A DNA stretch of 17,866 bases from Candidatus Nanohaloarchaea archaeon (GCA_046497485.1 JAWOFP010000001.1:1-17866), one strand, 5' to 3'; positions 1 through 7,578 are shown, numbered from the stretch's first letter. Program-made: numbers and translations. The notes: generated from the sequence alone by a model not told the origin.

Positions 1-654
1 AGCAGGGAAACTGTAGATGAATTAATTTTCAAAGGAGGAACAGCTCTCTTAAAATTCTATCAACTGGATAGATTCTCCGAGGATCTTGATTTCACACAAA
101 ACGGAGAGATTGATTTAGAAGATCTTGTCAATAAAGTTAAGAGAGATCTGGAAAGTTTTGGTGCGGAAGTCCAGCAGTTAGATATTGAAGACTCTGAGAG
201 AAGTTTTAAAGCTCGTTTAGGGGTAGAAGGACCTCTCTATAATGGAGATAGAAGAAGCCTGAATTTCGTTAGAATTGAAATAAATAAGGAAAGTACAGTA
301 GAAAATTTCAATACAGAAAGATATGCTCCGAGATTTCAGGATTTAACTGCATTTGATCTTCCTATTCTTACTGAGGAAGAGATTCTTTCCGAAAAGATAA
401 GAGCTATCAGGACAAGATACAAGCCTAGAGATCTCTACGATATCTATCACCTGATCCAGAAAGGAGTAACGATAGATGAAGAGTTAGTAAATTCTAAGTT
501 AGAGTACTATGATATTGAACATGGTGTGGATGAAACAATGGAGAAGGCAGAGAGGCTGGAGACAAATTGGGAGAATCTTTCTGTACTCGCTTATTCAACG
601 CCTCCAGCCTTTGAAAAAGCCTTAGAAACCTTAGAAGAAAGCCTGAAGGGCTAA
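1..654 (+). CDS. AbiEii/AbiGii-family nucleotidyltransferase (type IV TA toxin), 5'-truncated by window edge
   Basis: Not in ORF track. Manual translation of frame +1 is open from base 1 to TAA at 652-654: SRETVDELIFKGGTALLKFYQLDRFSEDLDFT...EILSEKIRAIRTRYKPRDLYDIYHL. Contains the KGGT, RFSEDLDF, EKI and RDLYD motifs of AbiEii. Confidence 0.9.
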   Translation, partial: SRETVDELIFKGGTALLKFYQLDRFSEDLDFTQNGEIDLEDLVNKVKRDLESFGAEVQQLDIEDSERSFKARLGVEGPLYNGDRRSLNFVRIEINKESTVENFNTERYAPRFQDLTAFDLPILTEEEILSEKIRAIRTRYKPRDLYDIYHLIQKGVTIDEELVNSKLEYYDIEHGVDETMEKAERLETNWENLSVLAYSTPPAFEKALETLEESLKG

Positions 655-681
655 TGTTAAAACAATTTTTTATTCAGTTCC

Positions 682-711
682 TTTATTAATCATCATGCAT
701 AACTTATGCAT
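682..711 (+). promoter_or_regulatory. TATA-like box followed by 17-bp operator-like inverted repeat upstream of cysD-like gene
   Basis: TTTATTAA at 682-689; perfect inverted repeat ATGCATAA-C-TTATGCAT at 695-711; ATG at 731. Confidence 0.5.
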
Positions 712-730
712 AGTCGAAAGTGGTTTATCT

Positions 731-1648
731 ATGTTAGAAGCACCAGTTACAAGAGACGAAATTGAGAACGCACCGATAAAAGCAAAAATCAAAGCAGGAG
801 AAGAAGTCGTCAAAAAGGCCTTAGAAGAATACGACAGCGAAAACGTTGTCATAGGATTTACAGGCGGAAAAGACTCAACCTTAACTGCTTGGCTTGTCAA
901 AAGAGTCTGCGAAGAACACGGATTCGACAAACCAAAGTTCATGTTCGTAGACCATGGACAGCACTTCGATGAGTTAGAAGACTATGTCGAGAGACTAGCA
1001 TCCAACTGGGGGTTCGAAGTAATGACGGCTAAGAACCAGGACCTAATTGAGAAAGCAGACGAGCCCGGAGATATGGTTCCGGTAGCAGAACTAAATCCGC
1101 GTAACCAAGAAGAGGCCTCAAGAATCGACGAAGAAATGGATGAAGTTCCTTGGTTGATGGATACAGAAGCCGGAAACCACTTACTCAAGACGGTTCCTAT
1201 GAACGAGCTCTTGGAGGAACATGGAATTGAAGCTGTAATTAACGGTGTTCGATGGGATGAACACGAATCTCGTGGAGATGAAGACTTCTATAGTCCAAGA
1301 GAGGATCCGGACCACATCAGAGTACACCCAATCCTCCAGTTAGATGAAAGAGATGTATGGGATGTCTCATGGTTCCACATGGTACCCGACATCACAGGGG
1401 TAGATGTCTCCGAATACCCTGAGGATGAATCGGACTTGCCTGAAGGCCTTTCAAAAGACGATGTACCGATCAGTCCAAAGTACTGGGCAGGATTCAGGTC
1501 TCTTGGATCAGAAGTGTCAACCGATAAATCCGATGAAATCCCTGCATGGCTACAGGATGTAGAAAACACTAAGGAAAGAGCAGGAAGAGCCCAGAACAAA
1601 GACGACAAAGAAATTATGGACAAACTTCGAAAATTGGGCTATATGTAA
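731..1648 (+). CDS. cysD: PAPS reductase-superfamily PP-loop protein, CysD-like (sulfate adenylyltransferase subunit 2 type)
   Basis: TGGKDS PP-loop, LKT, GVRWDE..SR, RVHPIL, FRSLG and C-terminal ERAGRAQ...MDKLRKLGYM resembling the CysD tail. Lacks the CysH ECGLH tail and Fe-S cysteines. Start moved from 695 to ATG 731 because the 695 ATG lies inside the palindrome directly after the TATA-like box. Confidence 0.75.
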   Translation: MLEAPVTRDEIENAPIKAKIKAGEEVVKKALEEYDSENVVIGFTGGKDSTLTAWLVKRVCEEHGFDKPKFMFVDHGQHFDELEDYVERLASNWGFEVMTAKNQDLIEKADEPGDMVPVAELNPRNQEEASRIDEEMDEVPWLMDTEAGNHLLKTVPMNELLEEHGIEAVINGVRWDEHESRGDEDFYSPREDPDHIRVHPILQLDERDVWDVSWFHMVPDITGVDVSEYPEDESDLPEGLSKDDVPISPKYWAGFRSLGSEVSTDKSDEIPAWLQDVENTKERAGRAQNKDDKEIMDKLRKLGYM

Positions 1649-1675
1649 GGTAGAAGGCCTCTTTAGCCACTTTAT

Positions 1676-2080
1676 TCATATCTCTTCCAGTTTTTCTGTT
1701 TTTTCTTTATCTTTGAGGTGTTTGTCTCCGGTTATTATTTTCAAACCGTGTTCTCTTGCTTTTGATAGTATTATTGCATCCATTAGCCCGAAGTCAGAGA
1801 ATTTTTCCCTCTGTTTTGTTTTTATTATTCCTGCGTCGGATCCTATATCCGTGTTCAAAGAGAGAACAGTCGAGTTAGATTCTACAAAGTCTCTAATTTC
1901 GGCCCAGCGATGATCTGTTTTCAGATTGTTGCTGTGGAAGTTATCTGACAGTTCAGCGATTGAGATAATAGATGTGTAGCATTCTTTATCTGATTTCAAG
2001 ATGCTGTATATTTTCTTTCCTTTCTCACTGCCTATGTAGAATTCTATCCACGCCCAGGTATCTAACAAATACTCACTCAT
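1676..2080 (-). CDS. vapC: VapC-type PIN-domain toxin
   Basis: YLLDTWAWIEF, SIISIAEL, GLMDAIIL and IITGDKHL PIN motifs. ATG at 2080 overlaps the antitoxin stop by 8 nt (ATGAGTGA). Confidence 0.9.
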   Translation of the reverse strand: MSEYLLDTWAWIEFYIGSEKGKKIYSILKSDKECYTSIISIAELSDNFHSNNLKTDHRWAEIRDFVESNSTVLSLNTDIGSDAGIIKTKQREKFSDFGLMDAIILSKAREHGLKIITGDKHLKDKEKTEKLEEI

Positions 2081-2282
2081 TTTCCCATTTCCGGTCATTA
2101 CCGTCTCTTATATTTTCTTTATCTTCAATCTTCATGGAGCCAAACATTTCATCTATATTAGGAGCTTCAAGCTCTTTCTCCGCTATTTCTTTCAGCAGCT
2201 CGTCAAATGAACCGAAATTCTTCTTACTTTTCAACTTCTTGAGCTTCCGGTGGGTATCACTTCCAATAGTTACAGTAGTCAT
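2073..2282 (-). CDS. vapB: VapB-type antitoxin (N-terminal RHH-like domain)
   Basis: 69 aa directly upstream of and overlapping the PIN gene; MTTVTI beta-strand then two helices (SFDELL), C-terminal EMFGSMK tail typical of archaeal VapB. Confidence 0.85.
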   Translation of the reverse strand: MTTVTIGSDTHRKLKKLKSKKNFGSFDELLKEIAEKELEAPNIDEMFGSMKIEDKENIRDGNDRKWENE

Positions 2283-2286
2283 AATA

Positions 2287-2318
2287 GTAATTGGTAATTA
2301 GTAATTGAAATGCTTTTT
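2287..2318 (-). promoter_or_regulatory. vapBC promoter with three tandem 7-bp repeats (putative autoregulatory operator)
   Basis: Minus strand reads AAAAAGCATTT-CAATTAC-TAATTAC-CAATTAC-TATT-ATG. TTTCAA lies about 29 nt upstream of the ATG; heptads at 2287-2307. Confidence 0.6.
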
Positions 2319-2343
2319 GGTCCAGATATGAATATGTCTTGGT

Positions 2344-3084
2344 TTATTCTACCATTTCTTCAGATAATTCCTCTATATCTGAGACTTCCTCTGTGGACAT
2401 GTTATATCTTCTTTCGGTGTAGCGATTAACTGAGAACTCTTGAGGCACATATTCTACATTTTCTGTGACTAGGCCTGGCGCAACTTCTTCCTCAACTACC
2501 TCTCTTTCATAGTAAGCGATAGATGCTTGGCCTTCTGGGACATAAAAATTATCTAGGCCTTTTCTTCCTGCGGCTTCTGCTTTTTCCAGTATTCCTCCGA
2601 CTCTTCCTATCCGTCCTTCTCTGGTTATTGTGCCGGTTACCGCTGTTTTGTTATCTACCGGGTTATCTTCTATTGCGGCGATTGTTGCAATGGTCATTGC
2701 TGCTCCTGCTGAAGGGCCGCCGACAAAGCTTCCGTCAATTTCAAAGCTATAGGTAATGTCTTTGGAGCTTAAATCTTCCTCAGTAAACTCTTCGGCAACT
2801 GCTCTAGCAGTTCTTGCGGAGAGCTGTGTGTCTGTCTCGATGAAAGGATCTGTGTTCAGTAATAGGCTTCCGTCTCCAGGGGAAATCCTGGCCCTTGCTT
2901 TTCCTAAGGCGCCTTCTCCTTGACTGGAGACTGCTGCGATATAGGTCTCAGCCGTTCTAGTACCTTCAAAAGGTTCTTCCTGGAAATTAGGTGCTTGAAG
3001 GTTAAGTAAGAGTAGAGTGAATAATATTCCGGCTGCAAACGCCAAGGCGACATCAAGCTCAAGGTTTTCGATAGAATCTCTCAT
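2344..3084 (-). CDS. Membrane-anchored Lon-type (S16) protease domain protein, no AAA+ module
   Basis: N-terminal TM helix; GGPSAGAAM (catalytic Ser), TAVTGTI and VGGILEKAEAA (catalytic Lys) Lon_C motifs; only 246 aa. Confidence 0.85.
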   Translation of the reverse strand: MRDSIENLELDVALAFAAGILFTLLLLNLQAPNFQEEPFEGTRTAETYIAAVSSQGEGALGKARARISPGDGSLLLNTDPFIETDTQLSARTARAVAEEFTEEDLSSKDITYSFEIDGSFVGGPSAGAAMTIATIAAIEDNPVDNKTAVTGTITREGRIGRVGGILEKAEAAGRKGLDNFYVPEGQASIAYYEREVVEEEVAPGLVTENVEYVPQEFSVNRYTERRYNMSTEEVSDIEELSEEMVE

Positions 3085-3137
3085 AACTCTGTAATTTTTC
3101 AGGGATTGATTTCAATCTTTAGCTACAAAGATAATTT

Positions 3138-3800
3138 ATGGATCTTATTTTTCTTGGGATGAACAAAGCAGGCGAAAAAGTTCTTGAATGGCTGGAACAA
3201 AAAGAAGAAGTCAATATTAAAGCCGTTATTGAGGAAAAAGAAGGCCTTGAAAAAATAAGAGATTTGAGGCCTGAACTAGTCATTTCATCAGGATTCGAAC
3301 ATATCGTTCCTAAGGAAATCATTGATATTCCTGAGAAAGGCATTGTCAACTTACATCCTTCTTATCTTCCTTATAACCGAGGAGCGCATCCATACATCTG
3401 GCCTTTAATCGAAGAAACTCCTGCTGGAGTTTCCGTCCATTTCATGAATGAGAACTTGGATGAAGGCCCTTTAATCGCTAGGAGAGAAGTAGAAATTAGG
3501 TCTGATGACAACGCCAAATCTCTGAGAGATCGGTTAATGAAACATCAAGCAGAGATTTTCAAGGAAAACTGGGAGAAAATACTCGAGGGAAAATCCAGGC
3601 CTCAGGATTTGGAGAAGGGAAATGTCCATTACAAAAGTGATTTGGATCAAATTTCTAACCTGGACTTAGATGAAGAGATGAGCTTAAGAAGGGCCTTAAA
3701 CTTGTTAAGAGGCCTGAGTTACGGTGAGAGGTCTCTGGCGTTTTTTGAGGAAGATAAAACTTATCGAATAAATTTCAGTATTGAGAAGGACTCAAACTAA
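3138..3800 (+). CDS. N10-formyl-THF-dependent formyltransferase, probably an NDP-amino-sugar N-formyltransferase
   Basis: VNLHPSYLPYNRG, GVSVHFM and LDEGPL motifs of the Formyl_trans_N fold; short C-terminal extension rather than the full Fmt C-domain. Confidence 0.85.
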   Translation: MDLIFLGMNKAGEKVLEWLEQKEEVNIKAVIEEKEGLEKIRDLRPELVISSGFEHIVPKEIIDIPEKGIVNLHPSYLPYNRGAHPYIWPLIEETPAGVSVHFMNENLDEGPLIARREVEIRSDDNAKSLRDRLMKHQAEIFKENWEKILEGKSRPQDLEKGNVHYKSDLDQISNLDLDEEMSLRRALNLLRGLSYGERSLAFFEEDKTYRINFSIEKDSN

Positions 3801-3825
3801 AAAACTTGAATGCTAAACAATAGTT

Positions 3826-4566
3826 ATGTCGAAGAAAAGGGTTTCTCTCACTTTAAATCAGACTTTGCTGAAGCGTGTTGATGCGGAAGCAGATCACAGA
3901 TCGTTGAATAGGTCGCAGATGGTCGAAGAAATAATTGAAGACTATATACGTGGACAGACCATCGATACCGCAGTGATTCTATGTGGAGACCCTGACTTAT
4001 CGCCTTTGAAGGAGATTAATGGGAGGCCGGTACTATCTCACATACTTGAAGGATTACAGGACAAAGGCCTTACACGAGCTATAATTTTAGCTGGAGGTAA
4101 CCGCGAAAAGCTTCAGTCTCATTTCGGGGAAAAAGGATTCGGAATTACTCTAGATTATGTCTCAGATGAGGTGGAAGGGCCTGCTGAGGCCTTGAAAAAA
4201 CTAGAGGATAGGATCGGCAAGACTTTCCTAGTACTAAATGGTGATGTGGTGCTGGACTTGGATATTGAGGACATGGTTAGTGTGCATCGACAGGAAGACT
4301 CGGTCGCGACCATGGCGTTGCGGACGGCAGATGATCCTTCTCAGTATGGAGTTGTTAGAATGAAGGGTCGGACAGTCTTAGGGTTCGAGGAGAAGCCTGA
4401 ACCTGGCGAGGAGCCTACCCGGTTGGTCAATGCCGGTGCCTATATCTTTGAGCCTGAAGCGTTTAGTATTTTAGAAGAAGATCTCGACAGCTTTTTCGAA
4501 GAACTCTCAAGTGAGAAGCAGCTTTCAGGATATATTTACGGCGGTAAATGGGATAAAGCCGATTAA
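3826..4566 (+). CDS. RHH (CopG-like) DNA-binding domain fused to degenerate sugar-phosphate nucleotidyltransferase domain
   Basis: Residues 1-42 (KRVSLTL...LLKRVD...NRSQMVEEIIEDYI) match the RHH pattern. The remainder has AVIL, GRPVL, FLVLNGDV, YGVV, FEEKP and VNAGAYIF of NTP_transferases but lacks GxGTR/PK. Confidence 0.85.
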   Translation: MSKKRVSLTLNQTLLKRVDAEADHRSLNRSQMVEEIIEDYIRGQTIDTAVILCGDPDLSPLKEINGRPVLSHILEGLQDKGLTRAIILAGGNREKLQSHFGEKGFGITLDYVSDEVEGPAEALKKLEDRIGKTFLVLNGDVVLDLDIEDMVSVHRQEDSVATMALRTADDPSQYGVVRMKGRTVLGFEEKPEPGEEPTRLVNAGAYIFEPEAFSILEEDLDSFFEELSSEKQLSGYIYGGKWDKAD

Positions 4567-4970
4567 AACCTGTTTACAAGTTCTGCTATATCTTCTTCAA
4601 CTATCGACAGTAGATTGTAAAGCACCGAGACACCCATTCCTCCTAGAGCAAACTTCATGTAAGGTTCGAGGCCGGTCTGAAGAATGTAATGAGTGAATAT
4701 CATTGGCGCCAGTGCTGAAAGATAATGTATAGTTGAAAGTACTAGAGGCGCCTGATTTTCTGAGGCCTCAGTCTTTCTACCGAACAAAGCTAATGCAAGC
4801 ATCCCGAACCCTAGTACTGCCCCAAAACCATATGATAGTGCTAGAGGAAGGTTTGGTGCTCCAAACTCATTGATCAGTAATGCTCCTGAACCCCAGAAAG
4901 CGATTGTGAATCCGTATGCTCTTGATTCTCCTGAGATCATGGAACGCATGTAGTTTTTCTCTTTACCCAT
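4563..4970 (-). CDS. Small integral membrane protein (about 4 TM), unknown function
   Basis: 135-aa ORF with four hydrophobic segments; convergent 4-nt overlap with the neighbouring gene end. Confidence 0.75.
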   Translation of the reverse strand: MGKEKNYMRSMISGESRAYGFTIAFWGSGALLINEFGAPNLPLALSYGFGAVLGFGMLALALFGRKTEASENQAPLVLSTIHYLSALAPMIFTHYILQTGLEPYMKFALGGMGVSVLYNLLSIVEEDIAELVNRF

Positions 4971-5049
4971 GAATTCAACTTGTTTTTCTTTTCTTTTATT
5001 CAGTTGGGGTTGGGAAAGACGGTTAAAGATTATAGTTATACTGAGGGTT

Positions 5050-5412
5050 ATGGGAAGAATCGAGAAGCCTTGGGGTTATGAAGAGCAAATTCTCGCCACA
5101 CAGGTAGATGTAGGCGGCGAGAGAGGAATGCTAGGTATGAGACGGCTAGTTATTAACTCCGATGAAATGACATCTTATGCAGTGCATGAAACTCAAGCGG
5201 ATATAATCTACTTGGAGAATGGCTCTGCAGTACTCAGAAAAGAAGACGAGATGGAAGAACTGGAACAAGGAAACGCATGCATTGTAAGAAGCGGAGAAAA
5301 ACATCAGATACAGAACATCGATTCCAAAGTCGCCGAAGTACTGGAGATCTCATTCCCATACAGGCCTGACGATATAGAAAGAGTTGAGGACCCTTACAGC
5401 GAATCAAGATAA
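5050..5412 (+). CDS. Cupin-domain protein, phosphomannose isomerase type II/ManC C-terminal-like
   Basis: EKPWGYE start, H...GEKHQIQN, LEISFP..DDIERVEDPY. Start moved from 4969 to ATG 5050, which follows a GAAAGACGGTTAAAG BRE/TATA-like element about 27 nt upstream. Confidence 0.8.
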   Translation: MGRIEKPWGYEEQILATQVDVGGERGMLGMRRLVINSDEMTSYAVHETQADIIYLENGSAVLRKEDEMEELEQGNACIVRSGEKHQIQNIDSKVAEVLEISFPYRPDDIERVEDPYSESR

Positions 5413-5415
5413 AGC

Positions 5416-5712
5416 ATGAATCTGTTGAAAAGCTTTCTTACAGGCCTTGCAGCAGCCGCAATAATCTTTGGCACAGTGGAAATAATAGGGTTCAATAGTT
5501 ATACTTGGTCAATGATTCTCTACATGTATATTGTCTTAGCAGTCTTTGTATCAATGGAATCCAGATATGATTCAGGCCTTAAAGAAATAGTTAATCATCT
5601 GGGGAATATCCGTTCCAGAATGCTGTTTGTGATAGATGAGGAAGAGAGAAAGGTTAAGAGAGTCTTCACAGGAGAGGAATTCAAGATAAAGGATTCGGAA
5701 AAAGTTCAGTAA
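5416..5712 (+). CDS. Small membrane protein (2 TM plus charged tail), unknown function
   Basis: Starts 3 nt after the cupin stop; two N-terminal hydrophobic helices. Confidence 0.65.
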   Translation: MNLLKSFLTGLAAAAIIFGTVEIIGFNSYTWSMILYMYIVLAVFVSMESRYDSGLKEIVNHLGNIRSRMLFVIDEEERKVKRVFTGEEFKIKDSEKVQ

Positions 5713-6533
5713 GAATACTCCTCCACTAATTCTCCGTCCGCATCATAAATATAGGCTGTGTCGCCATTCTGATTCCAGATAGGCCTTCCGCTATCCTGGG
5801 TAAATTTCGCATCGGAATTATCGGTATAAAGCCTAATAGATTCGCCGGTTTCTATCTCTCCATCGTCAAAAGTATAACTATTTCCACTAAAGTCCTCAAC
5901 ACTCCAGCCGTCTAACTCTATACTTTCGTCCATTGTGTTTTCTATCCGGATGTATTCGCCTTCTCCTTTCGAGGCGTCAGGCTGAACTTCTATATCTACA
6001 GAAACACCGTCTTCATTATTTCCTGATTGGAACTCCTTGTTATTATTCATCATCTCATCCATCGAATCCATCAAGTTCGACTTTCTATCTTCCAAGGCCT
6101 CTAAATCGGTTCCCTCAAACTCTTGCTCTACAGATCCGGATACATTTCTTTCAATTAGAGTTCCTTCCGGTCCACGGACCTCAACTTTACTCATTTCAGA
6201 CCTCTCTACCTGAATTAAAAGGCCTTCAGGAGTCTCCAACCTTCTCTCAACTCTACCTGGTGTTTTCACCACTTCAAGTAGCTTGTCTGAACTCTCTAAT
6301 GTTCTCTTGGAACGGTTGCTAGTTCTGTTGACCGTCATCGTCTCGAAAGCCGTCGATACTACGCGCACAAATCTATCAGAGTTCAGAGAAGTCGATATTT
6401 CAACAGGTTGAGACTCGTTATTTTCAAGGCCTAGAGGTCGCTGTTCGTCGGGAAGAGTCTGTGATGCCGCAGGAATTGCCAGAAAACCCACTAAAACTAG
6501 CGAGATCAAAACTGAGTTATTGAAATCCGGCAT
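5706..6533 (-). CDS. Secreted protein with C-terminal lamin tail domain (LTD)
   Basis: Hydrophobic signal peptide ending PAASQ; C-terminal EYIRIEN...IELDGWSVED...YTF...IWNQNGDTAYIYDADGELV is the LTD consensus. Confidence 0.85.
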   Translation of the reverse strand: MPDFNNSVLISLVLVGFLAIPAASQTLPDEQRPLGLENNESQPVEISTSLNSDRFVRVVSTAFETMTVNRTSNRSKRTLESSDKLLEVVKTPGRVERRLETPEGLLIQVERSEMSKVEVRGPEGTLIERNVSGSVEQEFEGTDLEALEDRKSNLMDSMDEMMNNNKEFQSGNNEDGVSVDIEVQPDASKGEGEYIRIENTMDESIELDGWSVEDFSGNSYTFDDGEIETGESIRLYTDNSDAKFTQDSGRPIWNQNGDTAYIYDADGELVEEYSY

Positions 6534-6558
6534 AACTCTTATTTCTAAGTTCTATAAT

Positions 6559-7557
6559 TTAAACTTTGTACTCTTCTGTCAAAACCTCTAAAACCGTCTT
6601 GCAGAATCCGAATATTACCGGCCCTATAAATAATCCTACAGCGCCGAACACATATACTCCGCCTATAACTCCCATCAATACTGCTCCGGGATGAATCTCG
6701 GCTCTTCTATCTACCAAGTAAGGCCTCAAGATGCTGTCCGATGGACTGACAACTGCCAGACCGTAAACCAAAATGAATAATCCTTCTGGAATATTCCCTA
6801 CTGCTATCATGTAAAGTCCGGCCGGCGCCCAGACAAGGAACGCACCTATAACAGGTATGAATGAAAGCAAGATCATTATGAAGGTCCAGAACGCTGCATT
6901 AGGTATTCCAGCTATAAACAGTGCTACTCCGCCTAATAGGCCTTCAACTATGGCGACTAGGACGTGTCCTTTTAGAATAGATTTTGTCATCAATGATGCG
7001 TTGGAGTAAAGCTCGCTCTGAGTATCCTCTTCTACTGGGGTTACGCTTATCAGCCATTGATGGAGTTTATCACCATCTTTGATCATGTAGAATAGAGTGA
7101 ACAATAATATTAGTATTCCGATCGCCAGGCCTGTAATGAAGTCTAATAACTGAGTTACTCCTCCGAAAGCGATTGATGTGAAGTTTTCAAGGCCTTGACT
7201 TATCTCCTCTTGAATATCTATTTCTCTTCCCGTCCATTCCGAAATAAATGTTTCTAATTCCTGTATTTCTACCGTTTCTACCTGGTCTACATTGTCTACT
7301 AAAGTTCTTGCATCCTGAATAACTGCGCCTAACGAGAGCGCGAAAGGGGCTATAATTGCGGCTACAAAAACTATTATTACAAGGCCTGTAGATAATGCAG
7401 GCCCTATAAAAGGTTCAACCTTGCTTTGAATAGGTTTTAAGACAAAAGCTAGTATTATGGCGGTTATAATATATCCTAGGAACGGCGTCACCATCAGCAA
7501 GGAAAGTATAACTAGAAGCGCTGCCAGGCCTCCTAGAAATGGTTTTTCAAAATCCAT
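6559..7557 (-). CDS. AI-2E family transporter
   Basis: 332 aa multi-TM; FYMIKDG, SFIPVIGAFLVWAP, DSILRP, IHP and GLFIGPVI motifs. Confidence 0.9.
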   Translation of the reverse strand: MDFEKPFLGGLAALLVILSLLMVTPFLGYIITAIILAFVLKPIQSKVEPFIGPALSTGLVIIVFVAAIIAPFALSLGAVIQDARTLVDNVDQVETVEIQELETFISEWTGREIDIQEEISQGLENFTSIAFGGVTQLLDFITGLAIGILILLFTLFYMIKDGDKLHQWLISVTPVEEDTQSELYSNASLMTKSILKGHVLVAIVEGLLGGVALFIAGIPNAAFWTFIMILLSFIPVIGAFLVWAPAGLYMIAVGNIPEGLFILVYGLAVVSPSDSILRPYLVDRRAEIHPGAVLMGVIGGVYVFGAVGLFIGPVIFGFCKTVLEVLTEEYKV

Positions 7558-7578
7558 ATATCTATGTTTTAGTTAAAC

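Noticed and set aside
620..637. Short tandem repeat CCTTAGAAA-CCTTAGAAG at the AbiEii 3' end
   Set aside because: Two copies encoding repeated Leu-Glu in a helix; no evidence of an att site or target duplication.
731..1648. PAPS-reductase-family gene as DndC/SspD (phosphorothioation) or DpdA-type DNA modification explaining the AGGCCT excess
   Set aside because: Motifs fit CysD, the Fe-S cysteines of DndC are absent, and no dnd/ssp/dpd partner genes are in the window.
3138..3800. Annotation as methionyl-tRNA formyltransferase (fmt)
   Set aside because: Archaeal context, and at 220 aa it lacks the Fmt tRNA-binding C-terminal domain.
3826..4566. Nucleotidyltransferase pseudogene
   Set aside because: No frameshift or internal stop; the deletion is in frame and the RHH and sugar-pocket motifs are preserved.
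4969..5049. N-terminal extension of the cupin given by the ORF track
   Set aside because: It spans the divergent promoter region; family similarity starts at ATG 5050, which has a properly spaced TATA-like box.
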